Shown: piece after piece, positions 26,800 to 37,601 of the stretch
How the letters are laid out: every line of letters begins with the position of its first letter
Numbering within the stretch: position 1 is the stretch's first letter
NCBI GenBank assembly: GCA_039796295.1
Contig: JBDKJY010000021.1
Coordinates: 34,868 to 98,867, forward strand
Length of the DNA stretch: 64,000 bases
Direction of reading: 5' to 3'
From: Verrucomicrobiota bacterium
Lineage (GTDB): Bacteria; Verrucomicrobiota; Verrucomicrobiia; Limisphaerales; SXTU01
Notes under the pieces: generated by a model
What the model was told of the DNA's origin: nothing
Database searches by the model: none
The model's input: the letters and a program-made list of their open reading frames with translations, nothing else
Made by a program: the position numbers and the translations under genes

Positions 26800-27938
26800 C
26801 GATTTACTTCGACTACAACGCCACCACGCCGCTGGACCCGCTGGTCCGCGCGGCGATGCTGCCGTTCCTCGACGAGGTTTGGGGTAACCCCTCGAGTGTC
26901 CACCACATCGGCCGCCGCGCGCGCGCCTTGCTGGATGACGCGCGTGACCGCACCGCAGCCGTGCTCGGTTGCAAAGGGAGCGAAGTCGTCTTCACCAGCG
27001 GCGGCACGGAGAGCAGTAACCTCGCGGTCTTCGGCACGGCGCGCTTGCTCCGCGACAAGGGCCGGCACCTCATCACCTCCAGCGTCGAGCACCACGCCGT
27101 GTTGCACTGCTTCGATTACTTGGAGCGCAAGGAAGGCTTCACTGTCACGCGCTTGTCCGTGGACGCCACGGGTCGCGTGAGCGTGGACGATCTCCGCCGC
27201 GCGCTCCGCCCCGACACCACGCTCGTCAGCGTCATGGCCGCGAACAACGAGACCGGCACGCTGCAACCCGTCGCGGCACTCGGCGCGCTTTGCCGCGAGC
27301 GGGGCGTGCTCTTCCACACCGACGCCGTGCAGTGGTTCGGCAAGGAGACGTTCGCGAACATCCAGCAGTTCAATGCTGACCTGGTCTCCATCTGCGCACA
27401 CAAGTTCCACGGGCCGAAGGGCGCAGGCGCGCTCTTCATCCGCTCGGCGTTGCTGCCGGACCCGGTGCAGTTCGGCGGTGCGCATGAGAACGAGCGCCGC
27501 GCTGGCACGGAGAACCTGCCCGCCATCATTGGCTTCACGGACGCGCTGGAACGCTTCGTGCGTGTGCCGGTGTTCGACCGGAACCATCTTGCTCCGCTCA
27601 CCGCGCAGCTGCTGGCGGCGGTGGAGGGCATCGAAGGCGCACACTTCCGTGGTTCGCGGGAGCATCGGCTGGCGAACACGGTGTCCTTCACCGTGGCGGG
27701 CACGGACAGCATCGCACTGATGGCGGTGCTGGACCTGGAAGGCGTGTGCGCGTCGAGCGGTTCGGCGTGCTCGGCGGGGTCGCTGGAGCCGTCGCACGTC
27801 ATGCTGGCGATGGGCGCGCCCGCCGCCGAGGCCAACGCCCTCGTGCGCCTCTCGCTGGGGCGAGGCACCACCGCCGAGGAAGTGGAAATCGTTTGCGCCC
27901 TGTTGCCGCGCGTGCTCCGGCAGGTTCGGCGCGCGTAG
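26796..27938 (+). CDS. cysteine desulfurase (NifS/IscS family, class V aminotransferase)
   Basis: IYFDYNATTPLDP, FTSGGTESSNLA, SICAHKFHGPKG (PLP lysine) and SSGSACSAGS (active-site Cys). GTGA overlap with the upstream stop. Confidence 0.9.
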   Translation: MTIYFDYNATTPLDPLVRAAMLPFLDEVWGNPSSVHHIGRRARALLDDARDRTAAVLGCKGSEVVFTSGGTESSNLAVFGTARLLRDKGRHLITSSVEHHAVLHCFDYLERKEGFTVTRLSVDATGRVSVDDLRRALRPDTTLVSVMAANNETGTLQPVAALGALCRERGVLFHTDAVQWFGKETFANIQQFNADLVSICAHKFHGPKGAGALFIRSALLPDPVQFGGAHENERRAGTENLPAIIGFTDALERFVRVPVFDRNHLAPLTAQLLAAVEGIEGAHFRGSREHRLANTVSFTVAGTDSIALMAVLDLEGVCASSGSACSAGSLEPSHVMLAMGAPAAEANALVRLSLGRGTTAEEVEIVCALLPRVLRQVRRA

Positions 27939-28059
27939 CGAGCTTCTTGGCTGGGCGTGGTTCAGTCCGAGATGCTCGCTCTGCTCGAGATGGGGCTCGA
28001 CGGAGTCTCGCCCTACCGGGCGTGGGTGGCGGCGCGGCGGCGCAGCCACGATTTCCCGC

Positions 28060-28256
28060 TCGCACTCTTGATCCTCGTCCTGCTCCTCCGTGGGGGAAGC
28101 GAACCTCCGGCCCGCCAACAGCCGCGATTCCAGCGCCTGAACTTGGTAGGCCTGTGCTGCTGCGCGGCCTCGGCTATCGGAGGCACGCGGTGGCCGACCA
28201 GCAGGTCGGCCCTACCAAGTTCATGGGGGGGGCAGGATTAGGATCAGGATTACGAG
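28060..28256. repeat. composite nested palindromic element
   Basis: Outer arms are CTCTTGATCCTCGTCCTGCTCC (about 28066-28087) and GGCAGGATTAGGATCAGGATTACGAG (28231-28256). Inner arms are CCTGAACTTGGTAGGCC (28136-28152) and GGCCCTACCAAGTTCATGG (28208-28226). Confidence 0.55.
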
Positions 28257-28277
28257 CCGGCTGCGGACGCGCGCGGT

Positions 28278-29192
28278 TCAGCGCACGGCGCGGACTTGGC
28301 GGACGGAGAGGGTCTGGAGCATGTAGCCCGCGTCGGGATACTCCCGGAAGTCGGAGGGCAACGCGAAGAGGTTCGCCATCCGCACGGCGGTTTCCTGAGC
28401 GTCCAGATTCGCGAGACTTTGCAACGAACGCAGCCGCACCGTGACCAGGCTGTCGCCGACATCGAACTGAATCTGGATCGGCTTCGCCCCGGTGGCTGGC
28501 GCGGACCGCCACACGCGGGCGTCCCGCTTCTCGCCATTGGGATAGGTGAGCGTGGCGAGAAACCGCTCGCAGGCGAAACCGTGCAACGTGTCCGGTCCCA
28601 ACAGCCGGTTTTCGAGCCGGACGAGGGACGGCAGCTCCTGTGCCGACAGCGGCTGGGTCAGGTAGGATTTCACCTCGGGGAACAACTGGTAGCTAAGGCG
28701 CACGGTCGAGTTGAACACGGTGAGGTTGACGAGGCGTGAGATCCCCACCTGCCGGAAGGGCGTGAAGGGGCCGCTCAAGTTGGCCCGCAGCGGCACGGAG
28801 CGGATGTCCAGCTCGGTGCGCACGCGGCCTTCCATGATGTGCAAGACCAGCGGCAGGGTGGTCACCTCGACCTTGCCGGAGTTGGTCATGCTCAACTCAA
28901 ACTCGCCTTGCGCCGTGACCGTCTTGAAATCGGCCAAGAGCCGGGCCAGCGCGGTATCGAGATTGAAGGGCCGCGGCTCGTCCCGGCCAGACGAGGCCGA
29001 CAGTGGTGCTGGGGCGACCGGCTGATTCTGGGGCGCGAGGAAGGGTGCGTTCGGCACCGTGGGAGCATTGCGCGGCACCGGCGTGCGGGCCGGCGTCTCG
29101 ATGCGCCGGGTCCCGGCCTGCGCCCAGCCGTTGCCAGCGGCGAATTCGAGCCCGCCGACCACGATGAGTAGGATGGATAAAAACGACTTCAT
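28278..29192 (-). CDS. hypothetical secreted protein
   Basis: ATG 29192 gives MKSFLSILLIVVGGLEFAAGNGWAQA (signal peptide). High-GC3 frame; no recognised motif. Confidence 0.6.
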   Translation of the reverse strand: MKSFLSILLIVVGGLEFAAGNGWAQAGTRRIETPARTPVPRNAPTVPNAPFLAPQNQPVAPAPLSASSGRDEPRPFNLDTALARLLADFKTVTAQGEFELSMTNSGKVEVTTLPLVLHIMEGRVRTELDIRSVPLRANLSGPFTPFRQVGISRLVNLTVFNSTVRLSYQLFPEVKSYLTQPLSAQELPSLVRLENRLLGPDTLHGFACERFLATLTYPNGEKRDARVWRSAPATGAKPIQIQFDVGDSLVTVRLRSLQSLANLDAQETAVRMANLFALPSDFREYPDAGYMLQTLSVRQVRAVR

Positions 29193-29287
29193 CAAACTGG
29201 GTTGGTTCACACTACCGGCAGCCTAGCGAACAGAAACCCGACGGCCAGAGGGAATTTCTGTTCACCCGGACGGGTGGGCGGGGAAAG

Positions 29288-29351
29288 TGTTCAGTATCCA
29301 GTGTTCAGTGAGGTGTCGCCCTCGCCAGACTGCTTACTGAATACTGAACAC
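29288..29351. repeat. palindromic element, CAGTGTTCAGTG / CTGAATACTGAAC family (copy 1)
   Basis: GTGTTCAGTATCCAGTGTTCAGTG (29288-29311) versus CTTACTGAATACTGAACAC (29333-29351). A second copy lies at 48054-48137. Confidence 0.6.
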
Positions 29352-29363
29352 GGCCTACTCCCC

Positions 29364-30164
29364 TCACAGTCGCACCACGGCGCACTGCCGTTGCGTGAAG
29401 CGGCACCAGTGCGTGTAACCGACGGAGGTCGCGAGCTGGAGCGCCTGATTCCAGTCCGCACCCACATCGCCGGGCGCATGGGCGTCGGAGCCGAAGGTGA
29501 TCGGGACCCCGGCGCGGTAGGCGAGCTGGAGGAAATAGCGGCTGGGGTAAATCTCTTGGCAGTCCTTGCGCAAGCCAGCGGTGTTCAGCTCGATGGCCGT
29601 GCCGCTGGCCTTCGCCGCGCGGAGAAACGGGTCGAACAGCCGCGTGCAATCGCGGTCGGGGTAATACTTGAACTTCTTCGGCAGGTCCGCGTGGCCGATA
29701 ATTTCAAACAGCCCGCTCGCCGCCGCCATTGTCAACCGCTCGAAATAGACCGACCACACCTCGAAGGCATCGCGCGACTTCCACTGCGAGAGCTTCTCGG
29801 GGTTGTCCACATCCCACGCGTCGGAGACGTAGTGGACGGAGCCGATGAAGTAATCCCACGGGTGCCGCGCCGCCAACTCGCGAATCCACTCCTCGTGCCC
29901 CGGCAGGTAATCCACTTCGAGCGCGAGCTTGATGGTGAGCTGAGGGAACTCGCGTTGGGCGCGGCGGACCTTCTCCACGTATTCGTCGAGCTGGCTGGCG
30001 AGCATGCGCCAGTTGTCGAAGTCATCGCGGCGCATCGGCGAGTGGTCACTGAAGCCGATTTCCGTCAGTCCGGCAGCGACCGCCCGGGCGGCGTATTCCA
30101 CCGGCTCGCCCGCCGCGTGGCGGCAGAGCGGCGTGTGCATATGGTAGTCAGCGGGGAGCGACAT
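29364..30164 (-). CDS. histidinol-phosphatase, PHP family (HisJ-type)
   Basis: MSLPADYHMHTPLCRHA, GFSDHSP, IGSVHYV, IGHADL and FGSDAH: the PHP metal-binding histidine/aspartate pattern. Confidence 0.8.
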   Translation of the reverse strand: MSLPADYHMHTPLCRHAAGEPVEYAARAVAAGLTEIGFSDHSPMRRDDFDNWRMLASQLDEYVEKVRRAQREFPQLTIKLALEVDYLPGHEEWIRELAARHPWDYFIGSVHYVSDAWDVDNPEKLSQWKSRDAFEVWSVYFERLTMAAASGLFEIIGHADLPKKFKYYPDRDCTRLFDPFLRAAKASGTAIELNTAGLRKDCQEIYPSRYFLQLAYRAGVPITFGSDAHAPGDVGADWNQALQLATSVGYTHWCRFTQRQCAVVRL

Positions 30165-30274
30165 GGCGGCAAGGTAAGGCGGCGGCGGCGGCGGTTTACA
30201 GGAGATTTACAACGTGGAGGTTGACCGCTCCCGGCGACCGGCTACCTTACGCCCAGCCCTAACCAACCGATGCC

Positions 30275-31021
30275 ATGAAGTCATCTCCGTCCCGAACTCA
30301 ATCACTCCGCGCCTTCACCCTCATCGAGCTGCTCGTTGTCATCGCCATCATCGCGATTTTGGCCGGGATGCTCTTGCCCGCGCTGTCCAAGGCGAAGGAA
30401 AAGGCCAAGTCGGTGTCCTGCCTGAGCAATCAGCGGCAGCTTGGGATCGCCTTCCGGCTTTATGCAGACGACCAGGATGGGCGTTTGGTCCAGCTCGCGC
30501 GCGTGGGTGCGCCGCCCGCCACGGCGATGGTCCCAGACCCCGCCAACGGAGCGACCAGTTGGCCGGACATCCTGGCCGCCTACGCTCCTGGCCAGAAGAG
30601 CTACAACTGCGCCTCCCAACGCGTGCCTACCATCAACGGCAACACGAACACCTTCGGCATCGGCATCAACTATCCCGACATTGGCGTCTATCTCGGCCAG
30701 CCCATCGTCCGCGAGCAGATGGTGGCCAAGCCCTCGGCCACAGTCGCTTTTGCCGACACTTCCTGGATTGGCAACCCCGCCGTGACCAACCCCGACCTGT
30801 GGACCGCCACCGCCCAGACCAGCGTCAACCCCTGGGATGCCCTCTGCTTCCGCACCCAGAACAATGCGTTCTATGCCACGCTCCCGTCGCGGACCATCAG
30901 CCGCCACAACGGACGCTGCAACACCACCCACGTGGACGGCCACGCCGAGAGCATGAAAAACAGCGACATCGGTCTCGACAAACTGAACGGTGATCCGTTG
31001 GCGCAGTGGGACCGCGAGTGA
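30275..31021 (+). CDS. prepilin-type N-terminal cleavage/methylation domain protein with H-X9-DG motif (DUF1559-like)
   Basis: [46 protein letters not shown], and C-terminal [13 protein letters not shown]. Confidence 0.85.
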   Translation: MKSSPSRTQSLRAFTLIELLVVIAIIAILAGMLLPALSKAKEKAKSVSCLSNQRQLGIAFRLYADDQDGRLVQLARVGAPPATAMVPDPANGATSWPDILAAYAPGQKSYNCASQRVPTINGNTNTFGIGINYPDIGVYLGQPIVREQMVAKPSATVAFADTSWIGNPAVTNPDLWTATAQTSVNPWDALCFRTQNNAFYATLPSRTISRHNGRCNTTHVDGHAESMKNSDIGLDKLNGDPLAQWDRE

Positions 31022-31132
31022 TTCCCCCCAAGCCGCAGCGAGGTTGGGGGCGCGCGCTTGGGCGGCGGTGCGTGATTGCGCCTGCCGATTGGCCGACTAG
31101 ATTCAGCGCTGAAATATGTGCGCACCCAATCT

Positions 31133-33520
31133 ATGAAGCCTTCCCCTAGAGGCTCCCGCTTTCGCTGCTTCACGGTCCTCGCCACGGTGCCCCTTGTGCT
31201 GGGCGCAGCGTTGAACTCGCCCGCCGCGCCGACGTTGGACAACCACGCCGGTGCGTTCCTCAAGGAGCATTGCCTCCGCTGCCACGGGCCGGAGAAGGCG
31301 AAGGGCGACTTGCGGCTCGACCAGTTGGACACGGATTTTTCCAAACCCAGCACCTTCGAGCGCTGGCGCGAGGTCGTGACGCGTGTGCAGTCTGGCGAGA
31401 TGCCGCCGAAGAAGGAGCCACGTCCGCCGGCGGCACAGGTGCAGACGTTTGTGCGGCAGTTGAACGCGCAGCTCGAAGCGGCCTCCGCCAAGCAGCGGGC
31501 AGAGGGGCGCGTGGTTCTGCGCCGGCTCAATCGCGTGGAATACGAGAACACGGTGCGCGACCTCTTCGCCGTGGACGCTCGCGTGAAGGAGATCTTGCCG
31601 GAGGACGCCATCGCGCAGGGCTTCGACAACGTCGGCGCGGCGCTGAACATCTCGCCGGTGCTCATGGAGCGCTATCTCGAAGCGGCGGACGCGGTCATCA
31701 CGGCGGCGCTGTTGCCGGTGCACAAGCTGGAGAGCAAACAGGAGCGGTTTGATTTCTACGAGTCGCTGCCCAAGTGGTTCGCCAACGGCGTTTACAAGCA
31801 GGCCGACGGCGTGGTGCTTTTTCGCGGCGGGGCGACGGATGTGCGGCAGTTCAAGGCACCGGCGCCGGGCCGCTACAAATTCCGCATCGCGGTGTCCGCG
31901 CACAACTCGCTGACGCCGCTGCCGCTGGGCTTGCTGGTGGGCAACTTCGTCGTGAGCGGCAATTACGCGCGGCACCTGGGCTACTTCGACGCGCCACCCG
32001 GCCCGCAGCCGACGGTCATCGAGTTCGAGGAGCGGCTCGGCGCGAAGAACGACACCGTGAAGCTCATGCCGATGGCGCTGCCGTTCGTGTATCTCAAGCA
32101 GGAGACGATGGCGGAGTATCCGGGGCCGGGGCTGAAAGTGCATTGGGTGGAGACGGAAGGGCCGTTCCCCGAGGCGTGGCCGACGGAGAGTTATCGCCGC
32201 GTGTTCGGCGAGGCGGACCCGAAGCAGGGCACGCTGGCGGACGCGGAGAAGTTGCTGCGGGTGCTGCTGCCACGGGCGTTCCGTCGTCCGGTGGCGGAGG
32301 ATGAAGTGAAGCCGTTCGTCGCGCTCGTGGCGAAGTCGCTGGAGATGGGGCAACCGTTCGAGGCGGCCTTGCGGGCGGGCTACAAGGCGGTGCTGGCGTC
32401 GCCAAAATTCCTCTTCCTCCGCGAGCCGACCGGACCGCTCGACGACCACGCGCTGGCGGCGCGGCTCTCGTATTTCCTCTGGAGCACGATGCCGGATGAG
32501 ACGCTGGCGGCGCTGGCGGCGAAGGGTGAGTTGCGCAAGCCCGACGTGCTCCGCGCACAGGTCGAGCGCATGCTGAAGCACCCGAAGGCGCGGGCATTCA
32601 CGGAGAACTTCACCGGTCAGTGGCTCAGTCTGCGCTACATCGAAGCCACCACGCCGGACAAGGCGTTGTATCCCGAGTGGGAGGAGTTGTTGCAATGGTC
32701 GGCGGTGCGGGAGACGCAGTTGTTCTTCGAGGAGTTGCTCAAGCAAAACCTGAGCGTGAAGAACTTCGTGGACTCGGACTTCGCCCTGCTGAACGGACGG
32801 CTCGCGCAGCACTACGGCATCCCGGACGTGCACGGCGTGGCCTTCCGCAAAGTGGCGTTGAAGCCCGAGTGGCATCGTGGCGGCGTGCTGACCCACTCGA
32901 GCGTGCTCAAGGTCACGGCCAACGGCACGACGACCTCGCCGGTCTTGCGCGGCGTGTGGGTGTTGGACCGAATCCTGGGCCGGCCCGCGCCGCCGCCGCC
33001 GCCCAACGTCCCCGCCGTCGAGCCGGACATCCGCGGCGCGACGACCATCCGCGACCAGCTCGCGAAGCATCGCGCGACGGAGAATTGCGCCGGCTGCCAC
33101 GCGCGAATCGACCCACCTGGCTTCGCGTTGGAGAACTACGATGTGATCGGCGGCTGGCGCGAGCGCTACCGCATCGTTACCGAGCAGAAGAACCGGGTGA
33201 ACAACCGCGTCGGCCCGCTGGCGAAGTATCTCGCCGCCCATCAATACGGCCTCGGCCTGCCCGTGGACGCGGGGGATGCACTTCTGGACGGGCGGAAGTT
33301 CGCGGACCTGGCGGAGTTCAAGCAACTGCTGCTCACTGACCCCGAGCAAATCGCTCGCTGCCTGACTGAGAAGCTCGTGACCTACGCGACCGGGCAGCCG
33401 GTGGGCTTCGGCGACCACGCGGCGGTGGGCCGCATCCTCGCCGAGGCGAAGGGGGCGGACTACGGCCTGCGCTCGCTGGTCCATGCGGTCGTGGCGAGCG
33501 AATTGTTTCGGAGCAAGTGA
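31133..33520 (+). CDS. DUF1587/DUF1592/DUF1595/DUF1588/DUF1585-type protein with N-terminal cytochrome-c-like CxxCH
   Basis: FLKEHCLRCHGPEKAKGDLRLD, LRRLNRVEYENTVRDLF, and C-terminal CAGCHARIDPPGFALENYDVIGGWR. ATG at 31133. Confidence 0.8.
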   Translation: MKPSPRGSRFRCFTVLATVPLVLGAALNSPAAPTLDNHAGAFLKEHCLRCHGPEKAKGDLRLDQLDTDFSKPSTFERWREVVTRVQSGEMPPKKEPRPPAAQVQTFVRQLNAQLEAASAKQRAEGRVVLRRLNRVEYENTVRDLFAVDARVKEILPEDAIAQGFDNVGAALNISPVLMERYLEAADAVITAALLPVHKLESKQERFDFYESLPKWFANGVYKQADGVVLFRGGATDVRQFKAPAPGRYKFRIAVSAHNSLTPLPLGLLVGNFVVSGNYARHLGYFDAPPGPQPTVIEFEERLGAKNDTVKLMPMALPFVYLKQETMAEYPGPGLKVHWVETEGPFPEAWPTESYRRVFGEADPKQGTLADAEKLLRVLLPRAFRRPVAEDEVKPFVALVAKSLEMGQPFEAALRAGYKAVLASPKFLFLREPTGPLDDHALAARLSYFLWSTMPDETLAALAAKGELRKPDVLRAQVERMLKHPKARAFTENFTGQWLSLRYIEATTPDKALYPEWEELLQWSAVRETQLFFEELLKQNLSVKNFVDSDFALLNGRLAQHYGIPDVHGVAFRKVALKPEWHRGGVLTHSSVLKVTANGTTTSPVLRGVWVLDRILGRPAPPPPPNVPAVEPDIRGATTIRDQLAKHRATENCAGCHARIDPPGFALENYDVIGGWRERYRIVTEQKNRVNNRVGPLAKYLAAHQYGLGLPVDAGDALLDGRKFADLAEFKQLLLTDPEQIARCLTEKLVTYATGQPVGFGDHAAVGRILAEAKGADYGLRSLVHAVVASELFRSK

Positions 33521-33789
33521 GGGGTCGCGGCGGCGGGTCACGAAGAAGGCGCGTTCCCATCCGCAGCAAAAGCATTGACACGCAATGCGGCCTTCGACAG
33601 CTTGCGCGCGAATTAACCGCCAGATTCCCGTCGGCCCAAAAGTGTCGCGCGGGTTAATCCTCAGCAGAAATTCCCCGGTCGTAGTTATCGCGTTTGATTG
33701 AACGCGCTGCTACGGCAGCTAGTCGAAACACAGCTCACCGGCAGGCTTAGTTGGTCTGCCTACAACACAACTTAGTTCCCGTTCCCCGT

Positions 33790-35400
<1,611 letters not shown>

Positions 35401-35422
35401 AGTCCGCCACATCCACTCCCAG

Positions 35423-35465
35423 AACGCAAAGGCGCGAGCGATTCGCCCTTTGCGTTTTGCTTTGG
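35423..35465 (+). terminator. intrinsic terminator downstream of rho
   Basis: Stem AACGCAAAGGCG (35423-35434) / CGCCCTTTGCGTT (35444-35456, one bulge), followed by TTTTGCTTTGG. Confidence 0.6.
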
Positions 35466-35713
35466 CCGGCCGGGTTTCCAAGTCTTGAACCTGGCAAGGC
35501 ACGCTGCTGCGCGGCCTTGGTTGGCTGGGAATACAGCAGGATCGGCCCTACCAAGCTGGAGTTTACTGACCGACCCAAGGTGTGCCCGCGCATCACCGCA
35601 GACCGCAAAGCCAGTTGCCAAGTCTGCGCGGTTTCGCCCACACTCCCGCCCTTGATTGGCTGCCCACGCACGGCATGACGCCCGCAGACGCAGCTTTCCC
35701 ATCCAACACGAAC

Positions 35714-36796
35714 ATGAGCACTGGTTTGAACATTAAGAAAGACGGCGCCCTCGACTTCCTCTCCCTCGGCGCCCTGGTCCACCGCCTTGACCCCGGCATC
35801 ATCCCGTTCCGCAAGGCCTCGCACTGCGACATCCACGTCAGCGGCGGCGAGTTCAACGTCTCGGCCAACCTCTCCGACTGCTTCCGCCTCAACACCGGCG
35901 TGGCCAGCGCCATGGTGGACTACCCCATCGGCGACCTCATCGCCGAGCGCGTCCGCGCCATGGGCGTGAAACCCTTCTACAAGCAGTTCAAGCACGACGG
36001 CGTGCGCGGCCCGAACATGGCCACCGTCTTCAGCGACCGCGGCCAAGGCGTCCGCGCCCCCGTCGTCTTCTACAACCGCAGCAACGAAGCCGCCGGCCAG
36101 CTCAAGGCGGGTGACTTCAATTGGAATGAAATTTTCGGTAACGGCGTGCGCTGGTTCCACAGCGGTGGCATCTTCGCCGCGCTCTCCGAGACCACTGGCG
36201 AACTCATCATCGAAGCGATGAAGACCGCCAAGGCCCACGGCGCGATCACCTCCTTCGACCTCAACTACCGCCAGAAGCTCTGGGACATCTGGGGCGGCCA
36301 GTCCAAGGCCGTCGGCGTGCTGGAACGCATCGTCGAGCACGTGGACGTCCTCGTGGGCAACGAGGAAGACCTTCAGAAGGGCCTCGGCGTCGAAGGCCAG
36401 GACGTGGAAAGCAAAGGCAAGCTCGACCCCTCGGCGTTCTACGCCGTCATCGAGAAGGCCACGAAGAAATTCCCGAACGTCAAAGCCGTCGCCACCACGC
36501 TCCGGGAAGTCCACTCCACCAACCGCCACACCTGGGGCGCGGTCGCGTGGGTCAACGGCAAGACCTACCAATCTCCGATGTGCGAACTCGACGTCGTGGA
36601 CCGCGTGGGCGGCGGCGATGGCTACGCGGCGGGTTTCTTCTACGGCCTGCTCTCCGGCGCGTCCGAGCAAGTGTCCGTGAACCTCGGCTGGTCGCACGGC
36701 GCGCTGCTCACCACCTTCCCCGGTGACACCACGATGGCGACCGTCGAGCAGGTGAAGGCGTTTGCGAAGGGCGGCTCCGCCCGCATCCAGCGCTGA
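35714..36796 (+). CDS. PfkB-family sugar kinase (2-dehydro-3-deoxygluconokinase-like)
   Basis: MSTGLNIKKDGALDFLSLGALVHRLDPG, and VVDRVGGGDGYAAGFFYGLLSG (PfkB C-terminal signature). The ORF-track start at 35582 is an over-extension. Confidence 0.8.
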   Translation: MSTGLNIKKDGALDFLSLGALVHRLDPGIIPFRKASHCDIHVSGGEFNVSANLSDCFRLNTGVASAMVDYPIGDLIAERVRAMGVKPFYKQFKHDGVRGPNMATVFSDRGQGVRAPVVFYNRSNEAAGQLKAGDFNWNEIFGNGVRWFHSGGIFAALSETTGELIIEAMKTAKAHGAITSFDLNYRQKLWDIWGGQSKAVGVLERIVEHVDVLVGNEEDLQKGLGVEGQDVESKGKLDPSAFYAVIEKATKKFPNVKAVATTLREVHSTNRHTWGAVAWVNGKTYQSPMCELDVVDRVGGGDGYAAGFFYGLLSGASEQVSVNLGWSHGALLTTFPGDTTMATVEQVKAFAKGGSARIQR

Positions 36797-36817
36797 ACTC
36801 AGCGCCAACCAATTGCG

Positions 36818-36850
36818 AAGGCCCGGCAGTGATGTCGGGCCTTTTGCTTT
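36818..36850 (+). terminator. intrinsic terminator downstream of the sugar kinase gene
   Basis: 8-bp stem AAGGCCCG (36818-36825) / CGGGCCTT (36836-36843), then TTTTGCTTTGG, the same tail as the rho terminator. Confidence 0.55.
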
Positions 36851-36863
36851 GGTGATTACCGAG

Positions 36864-37110
36864 TTACAGCGCGCCGAGGGCGAGGGCGGCGAGGGTGTCG
36901 TCCTTCTCCTTGCACTTGGGGATGAAGTCCAGCGCGCGGAGGAAACGGGCTTTGTCCGGGGCCGGGGTCTTCGCGTCGAGGATGAGCTTGGCCAGCAGCG
37001 GGGCGGCGGCGGGGGTGCGGCTGCGCCAGATGATGTCGCGACCGGCGGGGGTGTTCCAGTTGGCCCCGGCGGCAGTCTGCCAAGCGGCGAAGGTCGCGGC
37101 TTCGTTGCGG
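36864..37110 (-). pseudogene. C-terminal gene remnant (HEAT-like tail), no plausible start
   Basis: The minus frame has high GC3 and reads ...NEAATFAAWQTAAGANWNTPAGRDIIWRSRTPAAAPLLAKLILDAKTPAPDKARFLRALDFIPKCKEKDDTLAALALGAL-stop. Upstream of about 37110 this frame loses coding character. Confidence 0.35.
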
Positions 37111-37119
37111 TCGGCGGGT

Positions 37120-37481
37120 TCTCGCGCGGAGCCATTGACTGCAACTACCTCGGCCTCCACGACGACGAGACGGCGAAGTTGTGGTGCGGCTTCCTCGCCT
37201 ACAGCCACTACGACGGCGTCCGCGCGTGGCCCTATCCCGGTTCGGATCGCGCATCGGCGCTCACACGGTTGTAACGGCTCGGCAGCCGCCCGCAGTTCAC
37301 CTGCGGCGAGGGCGGGAACGCGGTTGAGACGGAGAAGTATCTGAAGCCGCTGCTGCCCGACGCGCAGCTCAACTTCCTCAGCACCGGCTTCCTCAATCAC
37401 AACGACGCGTGGACGCTGCTCCCCAGTCCGGCCCGCGACGCGGCCCGCGCGTGGCTGGCGCGCGTCACGGCGGCGCAGTGA
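37120..37481 (+). pseudogene. coding-like plus-strand fragment interrupted by an in-frame TAA (37272-37274); no start codon
   Basis: The frame has very high GC3 and reads ...AIDCNYLGLHDDETAKLWCGFLAYSHYDGVRAWPYPGSDRASALTRL-TAA-RLGSRPQFTCGEGGNAVETEKYLKPLLPDAQLNFLSTGFLNHNDAWTLLPSPARDAARAWLARVTAAQ-TGA. Confidence 0.35.
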
Positions 37482-37601
37482 AGCCCGGCCCCGCCGCCGC
37501 CCCGCCTCGAGCGCGGACGCAAGCCTACTGAGACCAACCGCAGGTCGGCCCTATCAGGTTCATGGAGAGGGAGCCAACCGGTCTCGCACGCCATCGGGCG
37601 C

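Noticed and set aside
26127-28118. 663-aa minus-strand ORF across the spermidine-synthase-like and cysteine desulfurase genes
   Set aside because: It is antisense to two well-supported genes and has no motifs. It spans a gene boundary, which a real gene would not do in this way.
31103-33541. 812-aa minus-strand ORF (and 33772..35502 and 35369..37144 minus; 47000..48832, 51744..53942, 55462..56997 and 57105..58829 minus)
   Set aside because: All are antisense shadows of confidently identified plus-strand genes (DUF1592-type, rho, sugar kinase, prfB/trpC, DUF4838-like, DUF1501, PPC protein/trpS).
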